NCBI GenBank assembly: GCA_964019335.1
Contig: OZ025680.1
Span: 248,001-312,000, forward strand
Direction: 5' to 3'
Origin: Diplonema japonicum
Taxonomy: Eukaryota; Protista; Euglenozoa: Diplonemea
DNA: 64,000 bases
Positions 43,619-55,290 of this stretch are shown here, piece after piece (position 1 is the stretch's first letter; the number at the start of each line of letters is the position of its first letter). The notes beneath the pieces are model-generated. The model searched no databases. It saw nothing but the letters and a program-made list of their open reading frames with translations, and was not told where the DNA came from. The translations under genes were made by a program, and so were the position numbers.

Positions 43619-44784
43619 TCACTCAAATGTTGCTTTGTTGCCAGATGCAGCACGGAAGAGCCTGTCCTGGACAGCAGCGAGAACCTCATCTGACGCGGCT
43701 TGGGCTTGAAGATTAGGGAGGATAACGATCTTTGCGGAAGGGAAAGTCTCAGTCCATCGAAGTCCTGCAAAAAGCGTTGCAGCCGCCTCCGAGCTGCACC
43801 CCTTGGAGCTCAGATCCATGTACGCATGTGCCTTCTCTTTGAGGGGCAATCTCTTCGAGGCAAAGTCAACAACAACCACATCAGCCACAGGGTACCGCCT
43901 GCCCTCGACAACGGTTACATCCCTGTCCTCACCCTCGCCTTCATGGAGGTACGCAGGCAAGTTGGGCGCATAGTGCGTCAGCTATTTTTTTATTTTATTT
44001 TTTTCTTCTTTTTTTGAAATACCATTTGTCCAGGTCCTTCCATCTGCTCCGTAACCGTTTTCGGTTTTTTCCGCGTGTCTCTTTCGGTAATCGCGACCTT
44101 GAACGAGAGAGATGAAGCACTGTCTTGCAGCTGCCGCATGGTCACTGCACCGCGACGGAGAACCTGTGGGAACGTTTAAACTTTTTTTTTCTTCATCCAT
44201 ACCTCCAGTGTATCGTCATGGATCTTGACCACAGTGGACTCGATGCCGACGTCGGAGGGACCGCCATCAACAACGATGAGTGTGGGGTCACGTTCCCCGA
44301 GGTCTGTGATGACGTGTTCGGGGAGGGTGGGCGAGACGTGGTTGAAGCGGTTTGCCGATGGTGCGGCAATAGGGATGTTAGAGATGGCGAGAAGCTTCCG
44401 TGCTACTAGGTGTTTGGGTGATCTGACGCCCACCCACCCACTACTCCCTGTCACCGCACTCGGCACACTACTCGCCGCGGGCAGCACCATAGTCAGTGGC
44501 CCAGGCCACAACTTGTCCGCAAGCACTTTCGCAATCTCCATTTGCCTTTCATTTCCCACGACGAGCTGCTCCGCCTGTTCCCACTCCAACACATGCACGA
44601 TTAAGGGGTCGCTTGCAGGTCTTCCTTTAACTTCGAATACTTTCATTGCTGCCTTCTCGTCCATCGCGTGTGCCCCCAGCCCGTAGACCGTCTCTGTCGA
44701 GAAGGCGACAAGACCCCCCGCCTTCAGTTGCTCTGCTGCATTCGCCATCTCAGCGTCATCGGTGTGCTGGATGATGCGCGCCAT
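43619..44784 (-). CDS. SUA5: Threonylcarbamoyl-AMP synthase Sua5; exons 44784-44203, 44163-44023, 43981-43619 (~361 aa)
   Basis: TETVYGL, KGRP.DPLIVH, WPGPLT, APSAN and GIESTV. Two introns (39 and 41 nt) restore VLRRG and PGQMLTHYAP. Confidence 0.93.
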
Positions 44785-44896
44785 GCGTTCGTCTGGTCCT
44801 TCGAGTGTGAGGGCAGGAGAGACAGAAAAAGAATGAAATAAAAAAAAAGAAAAAAAAGAAAGAGACTTTTTTGATAAAAAAAGTCTTCATAAGTTT

Positions 44897-46585
44897 TCAT
44901 AAAGGGCCGTCTTTCTGTTTCTTTCGGCAAGTGACAATGTTTTTGATGGCCTCCCTCTCGGTCTGAATGCGTTCCTGATCGGTAACAGCAAGGTAGGCCC
45001 TGTTGTCAAGAGTGCGCTGCCTCATGGAGAGCACGATCTCGGCACCTTCGTCAATAGGGTGCAAAGGGAAGACACCATGTCCAGCCAATTCTTGAATAAG
45101 CTGTGTGCAAGACTCGTCGAGAGAAGAAAGCTCAGGGGCGATCGTTTGTAGCTCCTTCTGAACCGTTTCGAACATGTCTCGCAGACGGCTGTACTCGATG
45201 CTGTGGTGCTTGGCTGAAGGGTCCATTCTGTCAGTGGCAAGCTCTTGCTGCATCGCGTGGTACCTGAGCTCGTCTTTTAAAACAGTTTCTTGCATCGTTT
45301 TTCTATGGTTTCTGTACGTGAATATCAGGTACAACCGCCTGCGGTAGGCAAACTGCTCCTTCAAAGCCTTGACACGAAGGTCATGGGTAAGGCTGCGGAC
45401 GGAACTTAAATGCACATAGCATTTTCTAAGAACAAATATAAAGAGGGTTTCAAGCTTGCCGATCGACTCAAGAATCTGTTGAGTGGTACCAATATCTGCC
45501 TCGAGACGGGTTTTGCAAACGGTAGCTGCCGTGAGGAACTGGCAGAATCGCGAATCGACGTTCGAACGGGTTTCCACATTCTTGACGAAAGATTTTATTA
45601 AGTCCGATCGTTGTTTCACAAGCTCGTGTTGGGTCCCCTCCCAGACGTCAAGATCAGTGCCGTACCTGCCTCGGTACATTTTCTCTCCGTTTGAAAGTAG
45701 TTCCCCTTCGATCCTGTCAAGCTGCAATGTGAAATTCGTGTTGAAACAAACGTAATTTTCTTCAGAGTCACGGTCAGACCGCTCTTCCTCTTGAATGTGC
45801 TTGTGGAGATCGGTAAGCTGTTTGTACCGTGCCTTGCGGTTGACCTCGATTCGCCGTTTTGTATGAAGTGTTGAGGAGCAGATGCTGCGAAGGGTTGTCC
45901 AGGATGGCCCGAAGTATCTCTCATGGTTGGAAGCGACAATTTCAATTATCCGCGACTTCTCGTCTGCTAGCGACATGAGCTGCTTCATGGTCTGAACAAC
46001 AGCTTCAAACATGTCGTTAATCAGATTAATCTCGCCGTCCACTTCCGCGTTTTGCTCTTCTGAGATCAACTGGTGTAGTTCTTTCAGTTTTTCCATGGTG
46101 GCTTCGGAGGCCTCGCCGAGAGCCTTGTCGATCGGTTCCACTTCCAGCACAGACTCGAAAAAATCAACTCCGGATTTTATAGAATCCTCCAAACCGTGTA
46201 GTCCACGGTGGCTGTGTTGTAAGTCTTGTAGCATCTTGCATGCTTCGTCTCGCCCGCCGTCTAGAACATAGCTGCCGTTTTGTAAAAGTGTTTTGAAATA
46301 TCTGAACACCTTCTCTAGGTCCCCTTCCGTTAGTGTCGCTGTGGCAACGGGCGGGGTGGCTTCTAAGAATTGCCAACAATCATCTTCGGTCACTAAGAGG
46401 GCTTCTGTTTTTTGGTACTCGTTAGTTAATCTCTCCCGGAGGTTCTTCGCCTCGTCAAACCATGTTATGCACGTTTCCCTGCAGTGCTCGAGATACCGCG
46501 GGAGCCGTGCCTCGTTCATGATTTCAGTTAAGGAAACAGCCTCCTTCAGCTTTGAGTTGCCCTCGTCGATGGCATCACAATTCAT
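44897..46585 (-). CDS. Divergent paraflagellar rod (PFR1/PFR2-family) protein
   Basis: The C-terminal segment RRLYL...ELATDRMDPSAKHHS...GVFPLHP...RAYLA...IQTERE parallels the PFR signature FRRLYL...ETFDPNAKKHS...GIEFVHP...RAHLA. Confidence 0.8.
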   Translation of the reverse strand: MNCDAIDEGNSKLKEAVSLTEIMNEARLPRYLEHCRETCITWFDEAKNLRERLTNEYQKTEALLVTEDDCWQFLEATPPVATATLTEGDLEKVFRYFKTLLQNGSYVLDGGRDEACKMLQDLQHSHRGLHGLEDSIKSGVDFFESVLEVEPIDKALGEASEATMEKLKELHQLISEEQNAEVDGEINLINDMFEAVVQTMKQLMSLADEKSRIIEIVASNHERYFGPSWTTLRSICSSTLHTKRRIEVNRKARYKQLTDLHKHIQEEERSDRDSEENYVCFNTNFTLQLDRIEGELLSNGEKMYRGRYGTDLDVWEGTQHELVKQRSDLIKSFVKNVETRSNVDSRFCQFLTAATVCKTRLEADIGTTQQILESIGKLETLFIFVLRKCYVHLSSVRSLTHDLRVKALKEQFAYRRRLYLIFTYRNHRKTMQETVLKDELRYHAMQQELATDRMDPSAKHHSIEYSRLRDMFETVQKELQTIAPELSSLDESCTQLIQELAGHGVFPLHPIDEGAEIVLSMRQRTLDNRAYLAVTDQERIQTEREAIKNIVTCRKKQKDGPL

Positions 46586-47049
46586 TTTCCCCGGAAATGT
46601 TAGACTGGAAAGTTAACATAAAAGTAACCCATGCAGATGTCTTTGGAAAGATGGATTGTAAATATCTGGACCCCCCCCCACCCCCCGATGCTTTCCAGAA
46701 AAAAGAAATAAGAATAAAAAAGAAAAAGAAAAAGAAAAGGGGAACGAGAACAAGTCGATAACGAGTGACACAGAAATTGGAGTTGAAACGAGAGGCTTAA
46801 CCAAGTTAAAAAGACTTCCGACTGGTGAGGAACACAAAAGGAAGTATCAGATAATTAAAGGGAGAGAACGGTGAGAGACAAAAAGAAACTCACGAGGAAG
46901 AAAGAAAGAAAAGGAATTCTCTGTGTTGAGAGAAGTTCCAAAAGTAAAAAGGACGGTAAGAATTTCACCGGAAAAAGAGTGAGAGATAGATAACGAGACG
47001 AAAAAATAGACGGTAGTGATAGGTGATAGGTGCTTGAGTAGAAGAAACA

Positions 47050-47225
<176 letters not shown>

Positions 47226-47287
47226 CAAGTCACCACCACATAACATGACATAACATCACTTGTTGAGGAAGGGATGGAATCCCCTCT

Positions 47288-47653
47288 TCAGGCGTGAGTC
47301 CCAACGTGGGAGGTCTTCAGAAGCTTCTTGCAATGGGGCCCGTGGGTCCCAGCCTTCAAGTGGCACAACCCACAGCAGTGCACAGGGCTCACCCCAGTCA
47401 CCTGGTAGTCGCAGCCGGTACACTTCACAGCAACCTTTTGGCACTTGGGGCCGTGCGTCCCAGCCTTCACAGCACACAACCCACAGCAGTGCTTCTCAAC
47501 AGCACCCGACAGGGCGTAGAAGCAGCCAGGGCACTTCACCTCCTGCTTCTTGCAGAGGGGGCCGTGCGTCCCAGCCTTCATGTGGCACAACCCACAGCAG
47601 TTCGTGGGGTTCACACCAGTCACAGCGAAGTGGCAGCCAGCACACTTGGACAT
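47288..47653 (-). CDS. Small Cys/His-rich protein, 3 x CxGC...CCGLCxxKAGTHGPxC (putative metal-binding)
   Basis: 121-aa ORF with three 37-aa repeats, an A-rich leader before the ATG and no signal peptide. Confidence 0.82.
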   Translation of the reverse strand: MSKCAGCHFAVTGVNPTNCCGLCHMKAGTHGPLCKKQEVKCPGCFYALSGAVEKHCCGLCAVKAGTHGPKCQKVAVKCTGCDYQVTGVSPVHCCGLCHLKAGTHGPHCKKLLKTSHVGTHA

Positions 47654-47753
47654 TGGTTTTTTTTTTCTTTTTTTTTTTTCTTGTAAAGTTCCTTTATTTT
47701 TTCATTTAGTGTTGTTTGTAAAAGCACCTCAACCCTTCCCTTTTTGGTGTGTA

Positions 47754-47976
47754 ATTCTCCGAAGCCTACTCGTGGTACAAGGGGCACGGGTGGCCACTCT
47801 CGTCCTCGTCATGCGTCGTGCTGATTTTGAATGAAGAGTCGCCTCCTGTGGCTGTGGTCGCAGTCACCAGGGGGGGGTACCCCTCTTAACAGAAAAATCA
47901 AGTAAAATATTCTCCGAAGCCTACTCGTGGTACAAGGGGCACGGGTGGCCACTCTCGTCCTCGTCATGCGTCGTGC
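47754..47976. repeat. Two identical 68-bp direct repeats (47754-47821, 47909-47976)
   Basis: attctccgaagcctactcgtgg...catgcgtcgtgc occurs twice. Confidence 0.95.
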
Positions 47977-49216
47977 ACACCTATAAGTCTTCCCCAACAG
48001 GAAGGGCAAAACGTAAACCCGCAAAACCCACACTCGTTGTGCATCACCGTAGAAATCATAAAATCGTAAAAAGGAAGACGAAAAGAACGAACAGTCAAAC
48101 TGCCCGATTGAAGAAAGGACTGAAAAGAGGGGAAGTAGAGGGGAAGGAGAGGAGAGGAACATAAAAGAATAAGACCAACTGATATACTTTCATTCAACAC
48201 CAACCCTCTCAATTCTTATAAAGCACGGGCACAAAAAAAAGGGGGGAGGTTGCGATTTGCTGAACAGCAAGAGAACCCTTCATCCCCGGGCCCGTACCCA
48301 GTAGAACAGAGGAAGGGCTGTGATAAAATATGAAACGAAAGAACGTCAAAACAAAGGAGAAATTATATTTCTTTTCATTATATTATTATTCCTCTCCGAG
48401 TGCACCAACCACTACAAAGCATTTTGTTTGTCAAATTTAGTTTATTTTCTTTTTTGCGTTGTTTTATTTTATTTTATTTTTGTTTCACTTTTGGTTTCCT
48501 GTCTTCCCTCATGTTTCACGGTTTCCCAAATATATTTAAGAATTAAAATAAAGATCGTGCGCTTTAAGTACCCGAACTCTTACCCGACCGAACGGTTTTC
48601 TTAGTTCAGATTTTTAGCCTTCGATGCTGGGGAATATATTTGAGAAATCGTGTCACATGTTGTTTCTTTCTTTTTTCTTTCGGTTTTGTTCTGCTTGTCT
48701 TCCTTCCCACACCATAGTGACATGGCAGCGGGGGTCGGAAATTCGAAGCAGAACTCAAAAAGACGAAAGAAACAAGCGGGAAAAGACAGATTGTGAGTTG
48801 ATAAAGAAAATGGATGACAAGAGAGAGAAAAAAGAAGAAATCTTTTGACCGGTCACCGTGCCTAAAAAAAACCAGAATAAAGCCATCGTATGTTTCTTAT
48901 TTTATTCCTTGCCCGTGAATACAGCGCACTGGCATATGATGAATAAAAAACACGTCCTCTTTTCAGTGGTTATTTTTCTACCGGATTTCTCTTTTTTTTT
49001 GTTCCCTGAAATAGTAAATAGAAGGAGATCTATTCCCCCCCTATAAAAAAAATTGCAAAAGGGCTTCTCGGTTTATTTTTAAACTACGCAAACTTCAGAG
49101 AAGACGCTCGAGCAGAAGGGTGCTTGGAAACAAAAAAAAGATGTCTTTGAAGGGAACCTGCAGTATGTGACAGGATCGCCTAAAAAAAAGGGGGATAGAA
49201 ACAAAAGAATTGATAC

Positions 49217-52200
49217 CTAAACCACGATTGTTGCGTTCCCTTCTTTGGTGGGTTCGCTATCCGAGAAGGCGGCCTTTCGCTTGCGCAGGAAGAAGTAGTA
49301 GACGAGGAAAGCAACGACAGCGACAACAACAAGAGAGCCGAACACGATGCCGACGATGGCGCCCGTCGAGAGCGAGTCGCCCCCGTCGCCCCCCTGCTGG
49401 TCCTCCTCCTTCGGAGTAGGAAGCGGTGCCCTCTCGTTGGTCACGGTCACGTCCTGCAGCTCCCCGCCCAGCCGGCCCTCGATCATTGCCTTGTTCGCCT
49501 GCAGCCTGTCTCGCACCGCCCCATTGTCCATCTCAGAGGGGACCCTCAGGTCTGCCCTCACCGTGATGCTCTCCGCCGATCCTTGCTGTGTTGTTATTGC
49601 TGCACGCCCTGTCGAAGAGGCTCCCTCCCCACAGGTCACGCAGTACCCGCTTGTCGCCCTTTCCAGACACACGTTGAAGCAGCTCGCCCTCCCCCCCAGC
49701 AACAGCTCCAGTGCGGGCATGAGGTCCCTGCTCCCCGCCACAGCCTTCCCCATGTCGCTCGAGGCGATGCGGAAGACTGCCTGCACCCCCCTCAGCCCGG
49801 TCTCGGGGGAGAGAGTCACCGGCTCCTGCGTGGGAGGGACGGGTTCAGGTTCCAACGTGGGTGCGGCGGTGACCGGGGGATCCCTGCAGAAGTGCCTTGC
49901 CGTGAAGCCCGCTCCCTCTGTTCCGAGGTCGGAGGTGAAGTGCAGGTACAGGTCCCCGGTGCTGGCAAGAACAGTCGTCTCGTTCCCCGTCACCTCCCCC
50001 AGCCACGCCCCCTCCCGCCCGTAGACCCCCACCTTGTCGAAACCGGGCTCCAACGAGGCCTCCAACGTCACCCTCGACTCGTGTCCAGCAGGGCACCCAA
50101 ACCTCCAGCAGCGGCTCTTCAAAGGAAGGTAATCCTCCCTCTCCGCCTCATCTCCCGAATCAGCAGCAGCAGCAGCAGCAGCAGCAGGGTACTGTACAGT
50201 GCGGGAGTAGCTCTCAAAAGAGTGGTCACAGTTCCTGTCGTTCTTCCCCCACGCGATCGGGTTGCTCGGAACACTCAGCTCGACGCTCCTCTCCGGTACC
50301 TCCTCCCCACACAGCCAGCGCAGCTCGAACTTGCTGTCCACCGTCTCGTCAAAGGCCGCCTTCACCACAATGTCGCCCGTGTAGCCAACATGCACCGTCC
50401 CCGTCCCTGTGAACCTGTCCAGCGGGGTCCTTCCGTCAGCCTTGTACACCTCCACGTAGTCGTACCCAGCCTCAAGCTCCAGGTTCATCGTCAGCACCTT
50501 CACAGGCTTCTCGCAGGTCAGCCGGACACACTTCTCCCTCTGCAAGGTCAAGGATCCGGTGTCGCTGCCGTAGGTGCTGTAGGCAGAGCAGTGCTCCTTC
50601 ACCGGGATCAGGGACGAGTAGTCGCACGTCCAGGAGAACGACGCGGCCGACCCCAGGGGGAGCGCGGCCTCCAGCGACACCGCCGCCGTTTTCGTCATCC
50701 TCACCGTGGGGTTTGCCGGACCGAGAGGCAACCCATCGCCGTCGCTGTTGCTGTTGCTCTTGACAGAGAGGGCCGCCCCAGAAACGTGTGTAAGGGTCAA
50801 AGGCACGCTGTAGTCGCAAGTGAGGTCCCAGCAGTGCACAGGGCTGTCCCTCTCCACCTCCACAAGCCCAGGTACCCTGCTTTGAGGAGCGCATTTATAG
50901 TTCCAGCTCACCTGTGCCCAGCCACCCCCACTCTTCGTCATCAGCACCGCGTTCCTCGTCACCTCCATGATCTGGTACTGGTAGCCGTTCCCTCCCACGA
51001 TCCTGTAATTCTCCACCTCGTCCCCTGTGTCCACCTCGAAGCGCCCGTCGCCTTCTCTCAGGTCGTACGCCACATTGATGTACAGTCGCTCCGGCGGATT
51101 CAGCGTGATGTACCAGCAGGTTGTCGTCTCGTCCGTCTCGTTCGTGCTGAAGCTTCCGGACCACCCGGAGAGGCGTTGGCAGTCTCCCGTGGGTGGCGAC
51201 AGGGTTCTCGGAGCATCCGTCTCGGGAACCCCGCACGTCCAGTCCAAGGAGAAGGCCTCCCCGAGCCCGTAGGTCCCGATGTTTCGGATGTTCGAGGTCA
51301 CCACCACGTCCCCCGTCAGGCTCACCACAATGCTGCGCACAAGGTTCGCCGCGTATCTGTTGCTGTCCACCACCTGCACGTAGTTCCCCTGAGTCCCCTG
51401 GGTCCCCCCCAGAGTGAGGTTCAGCGTCACCGTCTGGTCGCATCGGATCGTCCAGCACTCCTTCCCAGTCTCCTCCACGTCTTGGCGGGGATAGGTGAGC
51501 ACAGCGGCCGTCAGGTCCTGGCACTTGCACGACCAGTTCAGCGTCATTGCCTTCCGCGTCCTCCCCAACACCGCAGAGTTCACGTTCGTCGCGACAACCC
51601 TGGTCCTGCAGTCAGCCGTCGCAAGAGGGTTCTCCTCCGTGTCGAGGAGCGGGGTGGAGTAGCCGCACGTCGTTGTGAAACCCCTGAACACAATCTTCTG
51701 CGAGGGGAGGGGACACCGGAAGTGCCAGCAGTCCACACCCATCGCATCCTCCCCGTTGATCCGGAACCTGTCGTTCTTTTCGTCGTTGTCGTTGTTGTAG
51801 TCGACCGTGGTGCAAGACCCCCACCGCCCGCAGCCCCAGCTCAGGGTCGCGCTCCCGTGGACCACCACCTGCGTTCGGTGTGCGAGGTGCCTGCTCATGA
51901 AGGTGTCTTGCCCCCGTACAACCGTCCCCGTCTCCAGGTCCAACAAGGTCACAGAGCCCACGAGGTTCGCCGCAGAGAAGAGGGACTCCCCGTCGCACCC
52001 CACCCGGAAGCAGTCGCCGTTCACCACCGAGGTCGGTGTCCTCGCAGGGAGCTCCGGACACGGGTCTGCGGGAAGGCAGTTGAACTCCAATTCGAAGGTG
52101 CTGAAGGGGCGTGTCTCGTAGACCACCACAACCTCCAGGTTCCCGTTCGTGCTGACCCTGTCGGAGGAGCCTTCCCCGAACCCCACCCTCTGCAGCAGCA

Positions 52201-54352
52201 TCTGCTGAGCCCCGTCCCTGATCTCGATGCTCTCGTTGTAGGCGATGTGCCACTTCGCGTTCACGACCTCAGACCTCCCCCCGCCCCCGCACTCCAGCAG
52301 GTACTTCACAGTCGACCCCGCCGTCGCCTTCCTCGTCACCAGCGCTGTAGAGCTGACCGTCACTGCACGCCCCTCTTCGAACCCGGGGGGGGTAAAGGGA
52401 GCAGGTTCCGGGAGGGGGTTGTTTTTGCACGTCCAGCTGAAGCGGAACCCACTCCCCTTCGGGTGGAACCCGGACCTGAAGCGGACCCTCAAGGATCTTC
52501 CGAAGGAGCGTGGAGGGGGAGCTGCCTGCCCACTCAGGTGCGTCGCGACCACCCACTCGCCGTCATCCTTCTCCTCTTCCAGGGTCAGCAGGTCGGTGTT
52601 GTCCTCGCTCGTCACGTCCAGGTACTGCCACCTCACCTCCATGTGCTGCGTGCTGCAGCTCAGTGTCCAGCACTCGTCTGCGAACGCGGGGTAGCGCCCA
52701 TTGTCCACCGGGTAGCTCAGCACACCACCACCACCACCACCACCACCACCACCACCACCTTCTTCTTCGGAAGAGGGAGCCACCGCCGTGCACCTTGGCC
52801 TCATCATCGGTGTCTTGCACTCCCAAGAGAACTCGAACTGAGCACCAACACTCCTCGTTTGAGAGGACACAATCATCGCAGCACCACCGGGGACGACCAA
52901 AGGGTGTCCGGGGGAGGTGTCCCCCTCCCACACCTCCTGCTCCGGTTGGTAGAAGTTGTCCAGACTGTGCAGGTTTGCGAGGTTCATCCCGTCGCTCGGC
53001 TCGACAGAACCCATCGTGACGTGGAGCTCCTCCCCGACCGTTGGGCAGAGCATCACCCAGCACTTCGACTCGAATCGAGTGGTCTTGTAGGACACGGTAC
53101 CTGTTGTCGAGGTGCTAGGGACGACGCTGCCCCCACAGATGCCCGTCCCCAGGAACTGAGCCCCGTCTCCCGGGGTCGTCGACTGGCTCTCGTCGCACCG
53201 CATGAACAGCGCCTTGTTCGGGGTTGCCTTCACCAGCACTCCCTCCAGAGCCGACTCCCGCAGCCACACCTTCACGTCCAACGGGGATGCTGCAGGGTTC
53301 CCGCTCAAGAAGGCGGCCGCCGCCCCTGCCGCGTAGCCGGCCGCCGCAGAAGACCCAGACTTCGTCACCCCGCCGTCCAGATCGTCTGCAGAGGCCCCCA
53401 GAACCCCCTCACCAGGCGCGAAGAGGTCAGCGTACAGCACAGAGCCGGTGGTCTCCCCTTCCTTGTTGTGGGCCCCGACAGTGATCACCTCGTCCACCCT
53501 TTTGGAGAGAGTGTTCCCCCTGTTGTTCCCGGAAGAGGTCACCACCGATATCCCGAGCTCAATGAGGGCGCGAACCGCCATGCGCACCGTCTCAGAATCA
53601 CTGGGGTCGAAGGCCATCACCACGAGGGAGGGGGGCTGTCTCATCATCTTGCTGGTGACAGCAACCTGCGTCAGCGCCTCCACCACCCTGCTGCGCAACA
53701 CGGTCCCAGAGGAGGAAACCACCTTCGTCGACATCACAGTGGCCCGCCTCGCCACGCCGTAGGTGCTTCCCGCGACAAGGCTCGCGACGTAGGTCCCGTG
53801 GCCGTTGTCGTCTCTCTGCAGCTCATCGCTCACCACCCCTTTGTAGTCCAACCCGTTGTAGCAGCGCCCCTTCAGCTCCCTGTGCCCGCACTCCACTCCA
53901 GTGTCGAGGACGAACACATAGACCCCTTCTCCCCACTCAGAGTTGTGCTTGAAGGATTGTTGGCTTCTGGTGCTGGTGCTGGTGCTGCTGCTGCTGCTTG
54001 CCTCCCAGTCCTGCCTGTGTGTGAGCCTGCTGAGACCCCAGAGCCCTTCCGCCCCAGCAGCCTCCTCGACACAGCCCCCAGGCATCGCGTGCAGCACGTC
54101 TTCGTGGACAACATCACGCTCCACAGCCACCCTCCCCTCGAGGAACTGTTCAAGCTGCTCCACCTCCCTCTCGCTCACCCCTTTGCAATGCACCGCACTG
54201 AAACCCCCGAACTTGAAGGCCGCGCTGCTGGTCCCACACACACGGCGCACCTCCCGCACGTCCGCCTCCGTGCTGTTCCTGTGCATGGTAACGAGGTATC
54301 CCGCGTCGCTCAGCACCCCTGCGCACAGCAAGGGGAGAAGCAAGGCTCCCAT
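49217..54352 (-). CDS. Subtilisin-CUB membrane protease, copy 2
   Basis: Identical to copy 1 except for one extra Ala and a diverged cytoplasmic tail. Confidence 0.9.
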   Translation of the reverse strand: MGALLLPLLCAGVLSDAGYLVTMHRNSTEADVREVRRVCGTSSAAFKFGGFSAVHCKGVSEREVEQLEQFLEGRVAVERDVVHEDVLHAMPGGCVEEAAGAEGLWGLSRLTHRQDWEASSSSSTSTSTRSQQSFKHNSEWGEGVYVFVLDTGVECGHRELKGRCYNGLDYKGVVSDELQRDDNGHGTYVASLVAGSTYGVARRATVMSTKVVSSSGTVLRSRVVEALTQVAVTSKMMRQPPSLVVMAFDPSDSETVRMAVRALIELGISVVTSSGNNRGNTLSKRVDEVITVGAHNKEGETTGSVLYADLFAPGEGVLGASADDLDGGVTKSGSSAAAGYAAGAAAAFLSGNPAASPLDVKVWLRESALEGVLVKATPNKALFMRCDESQSTTPGDGAQFLGTGICGGSVVPSTSTTGTVSYKTTRFESKCWVMLCPTVGEELHVTMGSVEPSDGMNLANLHSLDNFYQPEQEVWEGDTSPGHPLVVPGGAAMIVSSQTRSVGAQFEFSWECKTPMMRPRCTAVAPSSEEEGGGGGGGGGGGGVLSYPVDNGRYPAFADECWTLSCSTQHMEVRWQYLDVTSEDNTDLLTLEEEKDDGEWVVATHLSGQAAPPPRSFGRSLRVRFRSGFHPKGSGFRFSWTCKNNPLPEPAPFTPPGFEEGRAVTVSSTALVTRKATAGSTVKYLLECGGGGRSEVVNAKWHIAYNESIEIRDGAQQMLLQRVGFGEGSSDRVSTNGNLEVVVVYETRPFSTFELEFNCLPADPCPELPARTPTSVVNGDCFRVGCDGESLFSAANLVGSVTLLDLETGTVVRGQDTFMSRHLAHRTQVVVHGSATLSWGCGRWGSCTTVDYNNDNDEKNDRFRINGEDAMGVDCWHFRCPLPSQKIVFRGFTTTCGYSTPLLDTEENPLATADCRTRVVATNVNSAVLGRTRKAMTLNWSCKCQDLTAAVLTYPRQDVEETGKECWTIRCDQTVTLNLTLGGTQGTQGNYVQVVDSNRYAANLVRSIVVSLTGDVVVTSNIRNIGTYGLGEAFSLDWTCGVPETDAPRTLSPPTGDCQRLSGWSGSFSTNETDETTTCWYITLNPPERLYINVAYDLREGDGRFEVDTGDEVENYRIVGGNGYQYQIMEVTRNAVLMTKSGGGWAQVSWNYKCAPQSRVPGLVEVERDSPVHCWDLTCDYSVPLTLTHVSGAALSVKSNSNSDGDGLPLGPANPTVRMTKTAAVSLEAALPLGSAASFSWTCDYSSLIPVKEHCSAYSTYGSDTGSLTLQREKCVRLTCEKPVKVLTMNLELEAGYDYVEVYKADGRTPLDRFTGTGTVHVGYTGDIVVKAAFDETVDSKFELRWLCGEEVPERSVELSVPSNPIAWGKNDRNCDHSFESYSRTVQYPAAAAAAAADSGDEAEREDYLPLKSRCWRFGCPAGHESRVTLEASLEPGFDKVGVYGREGAWLGEVTGNETTVLASTGDLYLHFTSDLGTEGAGFTARHFCRDPPVTAAPTLEPEPVPPTQEPVTLSPETGLRGVQAVFRIASSDMGKAVAGSRDLMPALELLLGGRASCFNVCLERATSGYCVTCGEGASSTGRAAITTQQGSAESITVRADLRVPSEMDNGAVRDRLQANKAMIEGRLGGELQDVTVTNERAPLPTPKEEDQQGGDGGDSLSTGAIVGIVFGSLVVVAVVAFLVYYFFLRKRKAAFSDSEPTKEGNATIVV

Positions 54353-54608
54353 TGTTCTTGGTTTCTTTTTTTTTTTTTTTTTTTTAACGAGTAAACTGTT
54401 GAAAAGGTAAAAAAGCAATGTGAAGAGAGTGCCAAGGAGAGAATAGCAGAAAGAAAAGAGAGAAAGAGAGGGAGAAGCAGCGATCGCTTTTAAGTTCTTA
54501 GAAAAACAAAACAAAAGAAAAATGGGTAGATATCTTCTCGAAATTATCGACGAAGAAAATTTAAAAAAAGAAAAAGGAAATGGGTGTTTGAAGTAGTCAC
54601 CCCTTTCC

Positions 54609-54664
<56 letters not shown>

Positions 54665-54812
54665 CCTTCATGGATCAGTACCCTCGAAAGAGCCACATGA
54701 AGGGGTGTTTTTTTGGGAGAAGGGACAACTCTGGCAGAAAACAAACAAAATAGAGAGAGGGAAAAGCATAAGAAACACAAACACAACTTCTTTCAATCAG
54801 CAGTAGTGAAGA

Positions 54813-54845
<33 letters not shown>

Positions 54846-54996
54846 CCTTTTCCACCGTGTTCGACAAAGAGAAGAAAAGAATTCCCTGCGATGGGCGAGT
54901 GTGTTAGCAACAACGCCCATCCAAAGAAAAAGAAAGGAGGGGAATATATAGGAGAAGACTGGGGTCCCTGATCCGGGAACCCCTCATCCTTTTCTC

Positions 54997-55032
<36 letters not shown>

Positions 55033-55290
55033 AAAAACACCATTCCCCTTGCTGCTGCTGCTGGGGTGGTGGGAATAAAAAGAAAGAAGAATTGAAGAAT
55101 TTAAAAAAAAAAAAGAGAGACATTTAAGGGTACCTGCGGTGTGTGGCAGGACGCCTAAAAAAAAAAAAAAAAAAAAAACCGTCCTTTTTGAGACACATAG
55201 GACGGATAGGTGTTTGCTGCTCCGTGGTAAAAAAAATAGAGAGAGGGGGGTCTCTTTTGCTTTCTCTTCTCTTTTTTTTTCCCCACTCTA

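Noticed and set aside
47754-47976. 68-bp repeat as a SECIS, C/D snoRNA or CRISPR repeat
   Set aside because: The AUGA...GA bracket lacks a proper helix II and apical AA, and no upstream gene has an in-frame UGA; no box D; only two adjacent copies in a eukaryote.
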